This document shows positions 13,176 to 26,633 of a stretch of DNA of 64,000 nucleotides, one piece after another (positions within the stretch are counted from its first letter, which is position 1; every line of letters starts with the position of its first letter). The translations under genes and the position numbers were made by a program. The notes beneath the pieces were generated by a model. That model saw only the letters and a program-made list of their open reading frames with translations. It was not told the origin of the DNA and did not search any database. The DNA is taken from positions 12,766,387-12,830,386 of the forward strand of contig CAJINV010000002.1 of the NCBI GenBank assembly GCA_905178155.1, in the 5' to 3' direction. The stretch comes from Amoebophrya sp. A120. Lineage: Eukaryota > Protista > Dinoflagellata.

Positions 13176-16100
13176 ATGAACGTTCACGAGATGGAAGCCA
13201 AGGATGGCATCCGCATGCCGTGGAACGTTTGGCCGCCAAACCGGCTGGGCATGCAGCGGATTCTGCTGCCTTTGGGGTGTATGTACACTCCCATCAAGCA
13301 GACTAATGAGCTGAAGCTCGTGCAGTACGATCCGGTGGTTTGCAACGGCGAGAATCGCCAGTGTGGAGCCATTTTCAATCCCTTCTGCTACATCGACCTC
13401 AGGTACTATATTACCCAGACGACGACAGCAGATGTTGATTGTATGAAAAATGTTTGATGAGAAGGTTTCTTTGTCGGAAACGACGTATTGGTGGTCTCCA
13501 ACAATCTTTTTTTGTTGCATTTTTCTAGCAGGCACCTTGAAAAAACAAAAAGCTGCTCGTGGTAGTATGATAAGGACACTTTTATCTTCAGGTCGAAGTG
13601 CTGGACGTGCAACTTTTGCGGGTGCCGAAATGCGCTGCCGGCATTCTATGCGGAACACATATCAGAGACGCAAAAACCGCAGGAGGCCATGTTTACGACT
13701 ATCGAATACCTGTTGCCAAATTCAGCCGTGCCGCCACCGGTAGGTTTTGTTTTAAAGTCCCTCCTCCTCTTTCCGAAACAAGAAAAGCAACATCAATAGA
13801 TATTTCCATGTTACATGAATGTTGTTCTGTAGGTCGTGGTAGGGTGCAGATGCTTTATAGCAATCAAAGCAGCGGGTTCGAACTTGGAGATGATCCGGTT
13901 CAGTTGTTCCGAATGCTCGCATTTGCACTCTGCGGAGAGTCGCCCCCTCGCGGCCACCGCGTCTATAGAGGTTGAAGAGACCTCCACCTAAAATACCATA
14001 CTACCCTGCAGGTTTTTCTGTTCGTACTGGACACCAGTTTGAACAACTCGGAGGACGAACCGGAGTTCGAGAAGGCGAAGGAAACGCTGCAGCAGGTGAT
14101 GCAAAGTATCAAATGCAAATATGTCTGAGTCTGGAAACTTGTGATGCTGGCTGGACAGTCTTGAGGACGTCCCGATTGGTGGCCACGCATGACAAGTGTT
14201 TGAGCTGCTATGTGTTGCCTGTTCTGCATGGCAAACCGCGTTTCCGCACGACAGAAAACTTGGATACTTGCCTAACGCGCATGACAGACTTGAGAGTCAT
14301 GCTAGCCGAGCATGACAAACTCTGCATTCTTCCAGACCCAGACATATTTGCAATGCATACAAACTATGCCGGTGACAAGTTTGGTCGGGTTCATCACCTT
14401 TGGCACGCTGGTAAACGTGCACGAGCTCGGGTTCCAGGAACTCAGCAAGAGCTACGCCTTCCGGGGCACCAAGGGGTACAACGCACAGCAAGTCGCCCAG
14501 CAACTCGGCCTTCCAGCAAGAATGGACCCGAGAGGAAACACTGCTGGTACGTAACGCTGGTTTTAAAGAGTTGGCAATCTGTGATTGCTGGGGCGGTACT
14601 TGAGCTTCGCGGTTGCGGTGTGATAGATTCTTGCATAACTCTTGCACGCGTTACTGCGCTTTTTCAGAACTCGCTCCAGACAGTGCGGGCATCTTGGTCC
14701 AATTGAAGGTTTTTCTATGAAGACAGGATCACCACGACGTGGGCATGAAAATGAATGATCTTGGTCTCCTCGGAATAAACTACAACTAGCATATTGAAAA
14801 GTAATTTTGACACCGAAAAACAGCCCGATCGCGGTTTCTGTTGCCGATTTCCGAATGCGAATTTAGTCTAAACTCTGTTTTGGACGACCTGCAGCGGGAT
14901 AGGTGGCCTACGCAAACGCGAGACGTCCGCTGCACCAGGTGTACCGGCGCTGCACTTTCCGTCGCAATAGGATTGCTGGAGTGCACGTAAGCAGATGAAT
15001 TTTCACAGCTGCATCACCATGGACCTTCATGTTATAGTTCTGGTCGGAGATGATGATTCATTATAGTCGTGTTATTACTGTTACTCGAACTCGTATCCAA
15101 TTTGAACTTTCTAAGGCACGTAGAAGTGCCTATTTATTGCAGAATTTATTGCGTTCGTCATTCTGTCTCGGAAAGTTTTGAATATAGATCACGGAAACTG
15201 AAAACAGATACGCGAACCAGGCGGGAAGGGTTGTTTTGCTCTCGTCCGGCCCCTGCACCGTGGGGCCCGGTCAGATTGTAGCACAAGACAAGGCCGAAGT
15301 CATGCGTTCGCACCAGGACCTGCAGAAGGAAAGACCAAACACAAAGTAATTAATGATTCTAGTAGCAGCGAATCAGTTGCAGTTCATTTTCGATCAGAGT
15401 CGATACAGCTCCCACTTGAATTCCAGCTTTGTGACTGCGCATTTCTAACCGCTCTTTCAGAAGTAGATAAAGGGATGATTCTTGTTCATTCAACTACAAT
15501 TTGCTTGCCTGTCCCTGCGCACTTGTGCTGTTCTTTTGACGCCGGCCACTCCCACATTTCACAGGCACACGAAACCCGCCATCCAATTCTATGCGGGCCT
15601 CGCAAGCCGGGCAGTAGCGTCTGGGCACGCGGTCGACATTTTTGCGAGCAGTTTGGACCAGATTGGAACGCACGAGATGCGAGTATTGTGCGATCGAACG
15701 GGTTATCAAATGCAAAAATGTCTGGGTCTGGAAGAGTGTAAACTTGTCATGCAGGTTTTTCATGACCCATGAGGTCTGGAATGCGGGACCTAGCATGACA
15801 GAGTCTGTGAGGTTTCTTCCATGCCTATCCTGCATGAGAAACTCCCTCCAAAATTGGTCGAAAGTGGACAGGTTTTGGCACTCATGCAACACAGATTTCT
15901 GCATGATTCGGATTTAGCATGACAAGTTGCGATCTTCCAGACCCAGACATTTTTGCAATCCATAAGGGTGGGACCCTGGTGATGGCCGACGGTTACTCAA
16001 CACACGTGTTTCGTGACAGTTTTAAAAAACTTTTCGAGACCGTCGACGAGTCAGGTATTTCCTACTTCACACTGCTATATCATTAACTCGCAAACAAGTT

Positions 16101-17971
16101 TCTGAATCTGTCCCGGTGTAGTCTGGACAATGGCCGATTGCGAAGATTTCGTTCTTCCAACGGGCGGGACGACCGCGCACAATGCTGATAGGGAACAATC
16201 AAGAACTTTTCGTTGAACCAACCCGGGGCGTCACCACCCGGAATTAAATCGTGGACCACCACCGCATGTTCAACAATTATCCCTCAGGTTTCCTGCAGAT
16301 GGGGTTCAACGCGAACATAAAGGCCGTGTGTTCCCGTGAGTTCAAGATTAGCGGTTGCGTGGGCCCCTGCTGCGGCACGCAGAAGAAGAACAAATCGGTG
16401 GGCGAGACTGAGATCGGGGAGTCGGGCACCATCGAGTGGCGCATGGGGGTGATGGACCCCACCACCACGCTCGCGTTCTTTTTCGAGATCGCCGGCGACC
16501 TGTCGCAGAACGGCGGCCAGGCCATGGGCCAGAACGCGGCGTATCTGCAGTTCCAAACGCTGTACCACCATCCCTCCGGGGTCAAGCGCCTCCGCGTCAC
16601 CACCGTCGCCCGGGCTTTCGCGGACCCGCAGCTGACCAACATCGCGCACGGGTTCGACCAAGAGGCCGCCGCGACCGTGATGAGCCGGAACGTGATGTTT
16701 CAGCTCGAGGGCAGCGAGATGAGCGACGTGCTGCGGAGGATGGACCGGATCCTGATCCGCCTCATCTCCAAGTTCGCCAGCTACAACAAGGACGACGTGT
16801 CCTCGTTTCAGCTTACCGAAGAATTCACCCTGTTCCCCCAATTCATGTATGACAGTGTTTTCTCGCTTGCTTGCTATTGCTACTTGCTATTTGTTACTTT
16901 GGAAGATCATTCTCAATGGTCATGGTGATGGTCTGCCCGCTTCGCGCTTCATCTCCATCGAGCTGTATGAGTTTCTTTTCCCGTAAGTGCGCATTTCATT
17001 GTTCTACTCATGCGCACTCTGATCGTGCAGCCGTAAAGTATTGTGATGTGTACAACTATGAATTTCAGGTACTACCTGCGACGATCCCCGTTTTTAGATT
17101 TTTTCAACACGTCCCCCGACGAGTCCGCCTTTTACCGCACCTGCCTGCTCCGGGCCACCACCTGCCAGTCCCTTGTCATGCTCCAGCCCGCACTCCTGTG
17201 TTACACCCTAGACGACCCCCACCCCCGACCCGTATTTGACCTGTTGGATTAAGTAACCTCAAATGCTGACCTTGATCTTGATTTTTGGAGCCGGGGTCGA
17301 CTTTCTCATATCCACTTTCTCGAGAGATTTAGCATCGGTGTGAAAGAATACAAATGAACTATCACCAGGTACTCCTCGATGCCGCAAGTTTGAAAAAGGA
17401 CATTATCCTGATGATGGACAGCTTCTTTTTCGTGCTCATATGGCGAGGGCAACAGATTCAGCAATGGTACAGTTTTTTTGGACGCTGAATAGTAGTTTTC
17501 CGCAGTGAGCGTATGGGAACGAGCTTCTCAATCAGCTGCAGCCGGCTAGACTAGTTCGAAGCATCGTGAGAACAGGAAAATTTGGTTCTTTTGCGAATCC
17601 GGTTTGGCTTGAGAGATTCCAGTTCTTTAATATCCTTCAGGTATGACGCGAAATACCACGAGCAGGAGGAGTTTGCGCATCTGAAGGAGCTTTTGGTCGC
17701 TCCTACTGTCGACGTGAAGAACATTCTTGCCGAGCGGTTTCCGTCGCCAAAATTTATCCAGACCGCGGAGGGCGGCTCACAGGCACGCTTTCTGATGAAC
17801 AGGGTCAACCCGAGCCGAACGCACACGAAGGTGGATACCGACGACGGTCAGGGTTGGGGCGGCGTCCGAGGCGGCGGTAACCCGCAACAGGAAAGTTCCA
17901 TCGTGCTCACGGACGACGTCAGTTTGAAAACTTTCATGCAAGCCCTGATTCGCTACGCTGTGGCTAGTTAG
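13176..17971 (+). CDS. SEC23: COPII coat subunit Sec23 (multi-exon, two introners)
   Basis: [11 protein letters not shown], Zn finger ([10 protein letters not shown]), [44 protein letters not shown] and GGSQARFL motifs. Confidence 0.96.
14107..14359. mobile_element. Introner family A (253 bp) in SEC23
   Basis: Family A TIR; DR CAAAG/CAAAC; removal gives QVMQ(T/S)[13 protein letters not shown]. Confidence 0.92.
15704..15964. mobile_element. Introner family A (261 bp) in SEC23
   Basis: Family A TIR; DR CGGGT/AGGGT; removal gives [13 protein letters not shown]; interior closely similar to 41952-42213. Confidence 0.92.
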
Positions 17972-18871
17972 CGGAACCGAACGAGGAGGAGGCGGGAGAA
18001 TTTCAGCATACGCTCGCACAGCAGTAGTGCAGGAGTACTAGGATTCTTCCACAGAAACTTTGCGAAGTGCGGAAAGCAACGGCCAGCGATCATGGCTGGG
18101 GTGTTTCGACGTCCTGATTGGCAACATTTTTTTCTACAGACGACAGATGAATTCCTCATCGAAAAATCATTGATACGCGTTATTTTCACAGAGCGAAAAA
18201 AAAAACTTGTGCTTTTTTTCGAAGTAAAATACGTATGTGGGTATTTCTATGTCATTTTCCGAACTCTCTCTCGCGAACTCGTTCAAAACTTATACTTTGT
18301 TTTAGTTGGTATCTAGAATGATCTGTACCTGTTTATGGTGTGTTGTTTTTGGAAATAATGAACCGAGAAAAAGACATGTGCTGGAACCATCAAACTACAC
18401 AAACATTATTGCGACCCAGAGGTTCCAAGAAACCAGCGAGCTTTACTCGTTCCTTGTCATTATTATCCCGCTCAGCTCTTGAGACAAGATGAAGGTGGAC
18501 GATAAATGAAGAAGATTCTAACGACGGCCGCACGGCTGTCTGATGGCGGGAAGCAACCTTTCTAGTTGCCGTTGCCATTATTTTTCAGACGATGAAATTT
18601 GTTTCGCTGTGTGTGCGCTATTTGCAGATCCAGGTTGGCGAAGGGTGCGTATGGGGTTGATTTGCGTCGTGCCTATGCTTGGTGGTTGAAGGGAAAGTTT
18701 TCGTCGAGGCCTCATCGTTATGTCGTGACGGAACGATGGACACGCACAGAAAGTTTGTCTTTGCGCTACTATGAATGAAATTCTTCGGGTGATGGAATCA
18801 TAGCGGGGTTTTACTAGTGCCGAAGATTAGTGTGACATCAGAACCGTTGGTATCAACAAAATAGAAACGGC

Positions 18872-20032
18872 ATGCCTGTTTCTGATGTTCCGGTTTACAC
18901 AGCGCATCCACACTTTTCGGAGGAGGAAGCGAGCCTTTCCGCTGCCACCGTCGACGAAATATGCCGCGCCTTGTCCACGGAAGCGGCAGACAGTCCGGGC
19001 GTCGTGGTCGTGAAAAACGTGTTTCCTCCTGGTTGGGTCCGGGACACACTCGGCCCCTGGATCACCGGTTACTACGCCTCGCATCAGACCGACAGCCCAA
19101 AGAAGGACCACTTCAGCAGTGGCAACAAGCGAATCTGGCGTCTCCCGGAGAAACTGCCCGCCGAAATCCTGCTGCGGCTGTTCGATGAGAAGAGCGCACT
19201 CTGCCGCATTCTGGACCAGTTTCTGGGACGGTTCCACATTGGCTCCCTAGCGGTGAATACGGTGCTGCCGAATGGCAAGCCGCAGAAGATGCACACGGAT
19301 TACCCGCCCGGGTTCTACGAGCCGGTGGAAATGCAAGACCTGTTCTCGTCGCACCACCTGGAGAAAATTCTGCCCTTCTTCAGCCTGCAGGTCGGGATCG
19401 CTGTCACCGCAGTGACCAAAGAGAACGGGGGCACGCAGTTTGTCTGTGGCAGCCACCGGGGAAAGGGTGTCGACCACCAGCTTGCGGAGTACAGTAATGA
19501 TAGCATTGACGCTTCTAAGAATTCCAGCTCAACAAAATCCCCGCCGTTTCTGGAAGAAGCCGTAACGACGTGTCCAGAGCTGGAACCGGGTGACTGCTTG
19601 TTTTTCAACCGCAAGCTGGCGCACCGCGGTGGCGGGAACGAAACCGCGCAGGACCGGACCGTCGTGCTTCTGCAGGCTATCATGCCATTCGGGGTGAAAA
19701 TGGAGGTGGTCGATAGCGACCTTGTGATCGACAAACTGAAGAAACATTTTGATGAAGAACAGAGGGACTTGGCTGGAAAGAGCACTATTACAGCTGCTCA
19801 GGAAGGAGCTGTGGCACATGTAGAGCTTGAAAAAACAAGAACAGTAGTTGGGGTAAAAGATCATGTCGTTGCAGATGATTCAATTGGAACTTCAACACGT
19901 ACTGCTGGTGATGATGGAACCACGAGAACGATTTTGACGGAAGAAGAGAAACGTCGTTTGTACTACCGTTTCTCGGGACCGACGTTTCCGCGCGACCTAG
20001 ACGTGGCTGCAGCCAGTGAAAAAAATGCGTGA
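18872..20032 (+). CDS. Phytanoyl-CoA dioxygenase (PhyH)-family 2OG-Fe(II) oxygenase, single exon
   Basis: HxD (MHTDY), ENGGTQFVCGSH and GDCLFFNRKLAHRGGGN...R motifs. Confidence 0.85.
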   Translation: MPVSDVPVYTAHPHFSEEEASLSAATVDEICRALSTEAADSPGVVVVKNVFPPGWVRDTLGPWITGYYASHQTDSPKKDHFSSGNKRIWRLPEKLPAEILLRLFDEKSALCRILDQFLGRFHIGSLAVNTVLPNGKPQKMHTDYPPGFYEPVEMQDLFSSHHLEKILPFFSLQVGIAVTAVTKENGGTQFVCGSHRGKGVDHQLAEYSNDSIDASKNSSSTKSPPFLEEAVTTCPELEPGDCLFFNRKLAHRGGGNETAQDRTVVLLQAIMPFGVKMEVVDSDLVIDKLKKHFDEEQRDLAGKSTITAAQEGAVAHVELEKTRTVVGVKDHVVADDSIGTSTRTAGDDGTTRTILTEEEKRRLYYRFSGPTFPRDLDVAAASEKNA

Positions 20033-20629
20033 AGTGCATTTATCCACCCGACACGAAGCGTCCTCGAGGGGTCTTCTTCGCGAAAGGCAGCGACGCACGA
20101 CCCTATAACTAAGAGATAGCCCGAACTACTACCCTGCTGTTCTGGGGTTGGGGGACGGGAGAGAAGCCTTCGCTTGTTTCGATGAAATTAGTTGTTGCCG
20201 AGCATGTAGTACACGCGCGATTCCATCAACTCATTGCATATAAGTAATTGAGTGACGTGGTCGCACGATCAGGCTCAGGGCTCGTGTAGTACGCGGCAGG
20301 TGGAGGTGATTTCAATCAGAGTCTTCTTGCGGTACCGTGAGTTCGGGGCTCTTCTGTTGGCAGAGAAACCTGGAAAAATGCCATGGACTGACAACGCTGT
20401 CGCAGTAGTTTGTTTCGCTGAAAAATGAAATTACAGTGATCTTCCAGGCGGAAGTAGAGGAGCTCTACATGCTCAACACTAATATGGCACCTGTGGGAAT
20501 GCAGGGGGACCCTCCGGGCGGGGAACGGTGCCTTGGAGTTTCGATTGCCACATTCATAAAAATAGCGGCACAGTAAAAGTACACCTCGTTTCTCGGGAAC
20601 AGCAGGTCCAGGTGTCCCGCAACCCGAGA

Positions 20630-21952
20630 ATGGCAACACCTGTCATTCCGCCCTCCGTTCCAGCGCCGCTGACGGAGCGCGAGCCACTAGTGGGGAGCAA
20701 GAAGAACGCAAGCCAGCGCTACGTCAAGCAAGGCCTCGAGTTTGCGCTGAGGCTGCAGGAGTACTTCGTTCACGCGTATGCGGTTCTTATTCTCCTCACC
20801 ATTGGCGTCTGCAGCTACTTCGGCAGTACCGAGGTGTTACAGTACCTGCTTTCCCTGTCGACGAAGTGGCAGGGGATGTGGCAGAAGACGGCTTTCATGT
20901 ACGTGTGCGTCACATTTGCGCTCTTTCTGTGTCTCCCTGTGGTGCCGATCCTGATTTTGTGTGGGTTTGTGGTGAACGATTGGGAGCGCGCGATTGCCGC
21001 AAACGCGGCCGGCCTCGTCACAGCGACCTACGCCCAGTACTTGATCGCGCGCTCCCATCAAGCGATCGTGAAGGAGGTACTACTTCTTGAGTAGGATATC
21101 GCTGCTGAAGGAATAAGCAACAGCGGTATCTTTTCAACATCTAGACCGATCCAATGTATTTTTGTGTGTGATTCTGGGTGCATGTAAAGAATATGAATAT
21201 CCGATAAAAGAAATTCATCAATTTGAAAAACGCAGTCGCTGTCGACGCGGTTTCCGGCATTTTTTCGCGTCGCGCACGTGCTTGCCACTGATTCTCAGCT
21301 GATTTTTCTTTTCCGGTTCGTGTTTTTTCCGCTTTTCGCGAAGAACTTTCTGGCGGGCGTGCTCAGTTTTCCGCCGAATCTGTTTCTCTTTTCCGTCGTC
21401 CTCCACTCGGTCTACCTGGGTGGGCTGTTCGCCTGGGTGGGGTCCGTGTCGCGCGACGTCACGAAGACGGTGCTGGACACGACGGCGCACAGTCCCACCA
21501 CATCCAACGTGAGCGACTACTACAAGATCGCGGCCACCTTCATGGTCAGCGTGGTGGCGACCATCTGGTTCGTCCTTCTTCTGTATTTTTCCCACCGCCG
21601 AGCCCTCCTCGGCGACCACCAGCAGGGCGGGTTTTGGTTTGAATCTTTCGCGATCGGCAGGAGCTCCACCATCACTGGGATTGCTGACGAGGAAAACAAT
21701 GACGATTATCCCCTGCCAGTGGACACCACGGACGAGACCAATCTCGGCCGCAAGGAAATGACGCCCCGGCACGAGACTTTTGACGAAGCCGATGCCTATC
21801 ATCGCTACCCCGAGGTGCGCGTGCACGATGCCGAGGCGGGGGGCACAACTGCGCAGAGAAGTCGAGAAGACCGCGGGGCGGCGGGTGCTCCAGGAGCTGC
21901 AAGTAGGTCAGCGCAGGGGCAAGGGTCAGCAAAAAATACAGCGCCCTCCTGA
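20630..21952 (+). CDS. VTT/SNARE-associated (TVP38/TMEM64-like) membrane protein, one GT-AG intron
   Basis: Several hydrophobic helices; LILCGFV...YLIAR and FRFVFFPLFAKNFLAGV...WVGS resemble the VTT domain. Confidence 0.6.
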
Positions 21953-22705
21953 CAGAAAGCCAAACAGGCGCCACCGGGGCGAAAAAAGTAGACGTAAGTA
22001 GTTGATGTGTGCAACAACATTAGAATCGACAGTACCTAACTGCGGCGCTTTTTTCGTAACACGAAGATACTGGGTTGCAAATGCAATATGTATGCTGGCT
22101 GTAACTGTAAGGCAGATAATTGTTTTTCAGCAAGCATCTGGAATATGGTGATACCCACAAGAATCATCTTTCATTCAATCATGCTTTCTTGATGTTGAAA
22201 GTAGTGTTGTTGCCTTCCTCGGTTCTGAGGCGTGAATAATGAATTTTCGGTGTCCTCTAGCTCTACTTCGGACTCTCTACCTCTTCGTGCACATAGATGT
22301 GGCTGTTGTCATCTTCAGCCTCGTGTAGTTGTATCAAGCTCGCTTTCGTACTACGTTCGGTCGTTCATTGGCAACCTGAAACTTCGTGCAGCACATGGCA
22401 TTCCAATTCGGTGTGTGGTCATCTTTCGTCCTCTGTCAACATCGTGCAGCAGTACAGATTTTGTCGTGCGTTTCGCTGTATTGTCGTGCTAACCGTACCA
22501 TCAAAAAAATTTAAAATACTAGCAATTCTTTACCTGGTTCGAGGATGCCCGTTGTACGAAACTTTTTTCCCAACAGGTGCGTCAGCACTCCCCAAATTAT
22601 CTTTGCTTCCCCGTTTCATCATCATCTCTCTGAACCCTTTTTCACTGAACGAATTTACGAACGGTAATCACAATAATTTTCGTTTCTTCTTCAGAGAATA
22701 AGTAA

Positions 22706-25486
22706 ATGTATCGCAATTACGACCCGGAAGCGGGTCCGCCTTTGTACACGGGTTCCATTCCGCCCTTGATGCCCCGTGTTCCGAAGGGCAGCAAGAGCCG
22801 GCAGCAAGTGCAGCCGCCGAAGCTGCGGGGCGGCGCTCGGCCGGCGCGGATGGACCAGTCCCCGAGTGACACCATCTCGGTGCGGCGACGGTGGTCGGAC
22901 GCGCGCGACGACGGCATGATTGCGCACGCGCGGCGCAGCTCCTCCCTGGACCAAGCGAGCCCGCCCTCTGCGGTGGCCCAGATGTACAACATCGGCAGCG
23001 TGAAGAAGGAAAACATCGCCCCCGAGTTCAACAGCATGTTTGCGCTGACCGACTCGCGGTGGGCGCCGGCGAAGTACGAGATCGTCGGCGAGAACGAGAC
23101 CATGGACATGTGGACCGTTCAGGGCATGATGGCGCTGTTGAAGCACGCGTCCGGCATCTACATCACGGTGCTGTTCCACATGGTGGTCATATCCAAGAAA
23201 AAAAAATTGTAGGTGTAACTTTTTTGGAGGAACAGCATTACAAATTTGTCTTGCATGACAGCAAAAATAACCTGTCATGCGCAGATAGTACGTGAAAACG
23301 CCCTTATTTAGTGGACCCTACAATGCATGCCAAGCATGACAGACGCAATCATCTTGCATGTTCCGCATCACAAATTTACACTAACAGCGTTTTTTTCTCT
23401 CCATAGGTCACGGTGTGTGTACTTGTCGGGCTTCGGCTGGCGGAGAAGGCGCTGGACGAGAACATTTTCCGCGACATCGTCGACGAGACCGTGGTATCAA
23501 ATGTAAAATTGTCTGGGTCTGGGAACTTGTGATGCTGGTTGGCGTATCATGATGAGGCTACAAATGCTGGCTCAGCATGACAAGTTTCTGAGCTCCTAGG
23601 TGTTGCCTATTCTGCATGACAAACTGCGCTTCTGCATGACAAAAAAACGGGACTCTTGGGTAACGTGCATGACAAACTTTGGGGTCATGCTGGCAGAGCA
23701 TGACAGACCTTCCATTCTTCCAGACCCAGACATTTTTACACTTCATACGTGGTGAACCTGGTGACCGGCATCGTGGCCTTCGCGCTGGTGTTCCGCATCA
23801 ACTTAGCCTACGCGCGGTGGTGGGACAGTCGGCGCAGCTGCGAGGACTTTGCTGCGAAATTCTTCATTGCCTGCATGCTGTCCTACAGTTTCGACCAGTT
23901 CACGCTGGCCACCGCCCGCTCCAAGGCCGCCTTCCGTCTGCGCATGGCCGGGGTGTGCTCCCTCCTGCACGCCGAGGCGCTCAAAGAGTTGGGGTCCATG
24001 GTAGAGCTGCCCTGTCTGGGGTCGCGGGTGCTGAACCAGAAACAGGTGCAGATGACGTTGGGCGGCCCGGCGGGTGCCTTTGACCAGCACGGCCGGCTGC
24101 CCAAGGGCCTGCAGGGCCGCTACTCCAGCGAGTCGGTGGCGCACAACGTGCCGGCCACGCGGAACGGCGTCGCGCAGGGATACATCTGGACCGTCATGCT
24201 CATTTCCGGCCGCTTTAACCAGCACATGCTCGCGTCTCCCATCATCGCCAGGCTCTACGCACTGCTGGATGACGGTATAAAAATTTGTTTTTGGTTAGCT
24301 GAGCTGAAAGCCATCTGGATCTGTCGTGTGGCACTCTGCATGTTCATGATGAATTTGTTCGCGGTAATTTTGAATGAAATTGACTCTGACTGTACAACTT
24401 ATCAAAATTCAGGTGTCGCCTCTTACTTCGACGCGCTGGTGGTCCGCACCACGCCGTTCCCCTTCCCGTTTATGCAGATCATCAATTTTGGGTTGTTCCT
24501 GATCAAGATCATCGTTCCCGTGGTGGTGCACCAGACCGGCGTGCCGTTGATTTGGGCCATTCCCCTGACGTATCAAATGCAAAAATGTCTCGGTCTGGAA
24601 AAAAGCAAGGTTTGTCATGCTAGGCTAGCAGGACTTTCAAGTCTGTCATGCAGGGTACCCAAAGACCAAAAACCCTGTCATGTGATGCAGAGTCGCTGTT
24701 TGTCATGCAGAGTAGGCAACACTTAGAAGCTCAGAAGCTTGTCATGCTGGGCCATCATTTGTGGGCTCCTCATGCTACGTCACTTAGCATTACAAGTTTC
24801 CAGACCCAGACATATTTGCAATGCATATGACGTGCTGCTGCGTGTTCGGGTTTTTCGGGATCGGTCGCGTCGCGGAGGAGCTGGAACAGCCGTTTGGGTC
24901 GGACTTCTACGACCACCCGCTGGAGAACTGGCAGATCGACTTTGATTTGTGCCTCCTGGACCTGGTGGAGAACCAGTCCTTCGAGGTGCCGCGGGTCGAC
25001 CTGGTGCCGCAGATGGCCCCGTCCCTGGACGGCATCAAGGCCGAGGTGGAGGAGAAGCCGGACCTGACTAACGAGGCGAAGGAGGTCCTGAAGCTGGACT
25101 GGACGCAGCTGGTGCACCCGGCGCTGGCTTCGGAGTACACCAAGGAGCTGGACCAGCGGGTCCCGCACAGCATGCGGGAGGTGTCCAAGGATCACGTGCA
25201 CACCTCGCCGCTGGCGGAGGTGGCCGCGCCCTCGCCGAACGTGAAGCCGCTGATGGCCCAGAACCAGAACAACCTGCGCAGCTCTTTTACCACGTTCTCC
25301 GGCATCCCCGGGGATCTGGGCGGCGTGCCCGCCTGGCAGGCGCAGTTCGACGTGGTGGCCGGGTTGGGCCCCGAGGCAGTGGAGGAGGACACCATCGCAG
25401 ACACGGAGTCGGAGCATGGTGGAAGGCCGGTGCTGCCCGGCCAAACCACGCAGTTCAACCAAATCATGCCGAACGGAAGGAGATGA
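22706..25486 (+). CDS. Bestrophin-like (UPF0187) anion channel with three introners and one GT-AG intron
   Basis: FRINLAYARWWDSR, TPFPFPF and EELEQPFGSD motifs join in one frame only after introner removal. Confidence 0.85.
23190..23405. mobile_element. Introner family C (216 bp)
   Basis: TATCCAAGAAAAAAAAATTGTAGGTGTAA...TTACACTAACAGCGTTTTTTTCTCTCCATA; DR GGTCA/GGTCA; frame restored (HMVV|TVCV). Confidence 0.85.
23495..23747. mobile_element. Introner family A (253 bp)
   Basis: Family A TIR; DR CGTGG/CGTGG; frame restored (ETV|VNLV). Confidence 0.93.
24571..24827. mobile_element. Introner family A (257 bp), opposite orientation to 23495-23747
   Basis: Family A TIR; DR TGACG/TGACG; interior matches the reverse complement of the 23495 copy; frame restored (IPLT|CCCVFG). 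Confidence 0.93.
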
Positions 25487-26633
25487 GAATGAATTTTACA
25501 ACCCAGCCGTCAATAAAGTAAAGTTTGTTTCGTCTAGAACTACTTGATAGGCATGACTTTTTTTTTACATTGTACCGTAACCACTTTCTTGTTAGATTAT
25601 GTCGACGCACTGTACGTACACTTTTTTTGCTTTTTCTACCCCAACTTTTTTCAGAAAGACCATTTTCCATTTTTTTGCAGTTCGTTCCCTAATCCCGGAG
25701 GAGTTTTTTTAGATAGACGGAAGATCCTAAAAATCCTACATGCGAGGTGGTCCCCAAAGAAAGCCGCAGTTCTTGCTGCGCCTTGAGAAGGTGCTAAGAG
25801 GAAGTTCTTGCCCCAAACCTTGTACAGTAACATTCCTGACGTTCTTTCATCGACGCAGATGAAGGAGGCAGTCAGAGAGTAGTTTGGATTCGCAAGATGA
25901 TACGTACTGCTTCGCTTTGGTCAAGGTCGTCTCGGCCACACAAACGACGTTCGTGATTGTTCCAGAAGCGCGATGATCACACTCCGCTTGTGTGTTTGTC
26001 AGTTTCATCCTTCTTTACCAGCGTAGATCGTAGCGGACGCGTCACGAAGTACTGCTTGTCGGTCCAAAAAAGGAAAATCAGTATCTTCGGTGCAATCTCC
26101 CTTTCGTCACGCCATCCTCTGTCATTTCGTCCGCAAGAAAATGTCGTTCGTACGGTTGACACAACACACGAATTTTCGGTAAAAGCACAATTCACGATCG
26201 GTGTCCTCGTAGCGTCCACTTCGTGCAAAAGAAGCAAGGTTCTTCATTTGTGGATTTGTTTGTTCGTTTATATAGAGGTTCGGTTCTCGTGCCCTTGCGA
26301 CGTCTCCGGTTCTGTAAATACTTACTGTGAAAAACCATTTGCAACGTCACTTTGATTTTTCCAAACCTTCTTCAGTGTTTGTGATCAAGCTTCCAAAGAA
26401 CTTGGAAATTGATTGTCGCGACCTTTAAGTAAGTATCCCAAAACTCTTTACACCAACACCGACGACCCCTCATCAAACAGCCGAAGAGCTCAAGTGTAAC
26501 ACATCAAGAAGTCTACAACTTCGTACAACGGTAACAAAAAATCCGAATAAAAAATTCCACATACTCGGAATATTTTAAACACATTTTGAAATTATAATCC
26601 ACTTCGTTTCCGCGCACATTTGTTTCTAAGAAA

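Noticed and set aside
13176-17971. SEC23, PSMB2 and other interrupted genes as transposon-killed pseudogenes
   Set aside because: Reconstructed exons show no stops or frameshifts and retain conserved motifs despite multiple insertions of different ages.
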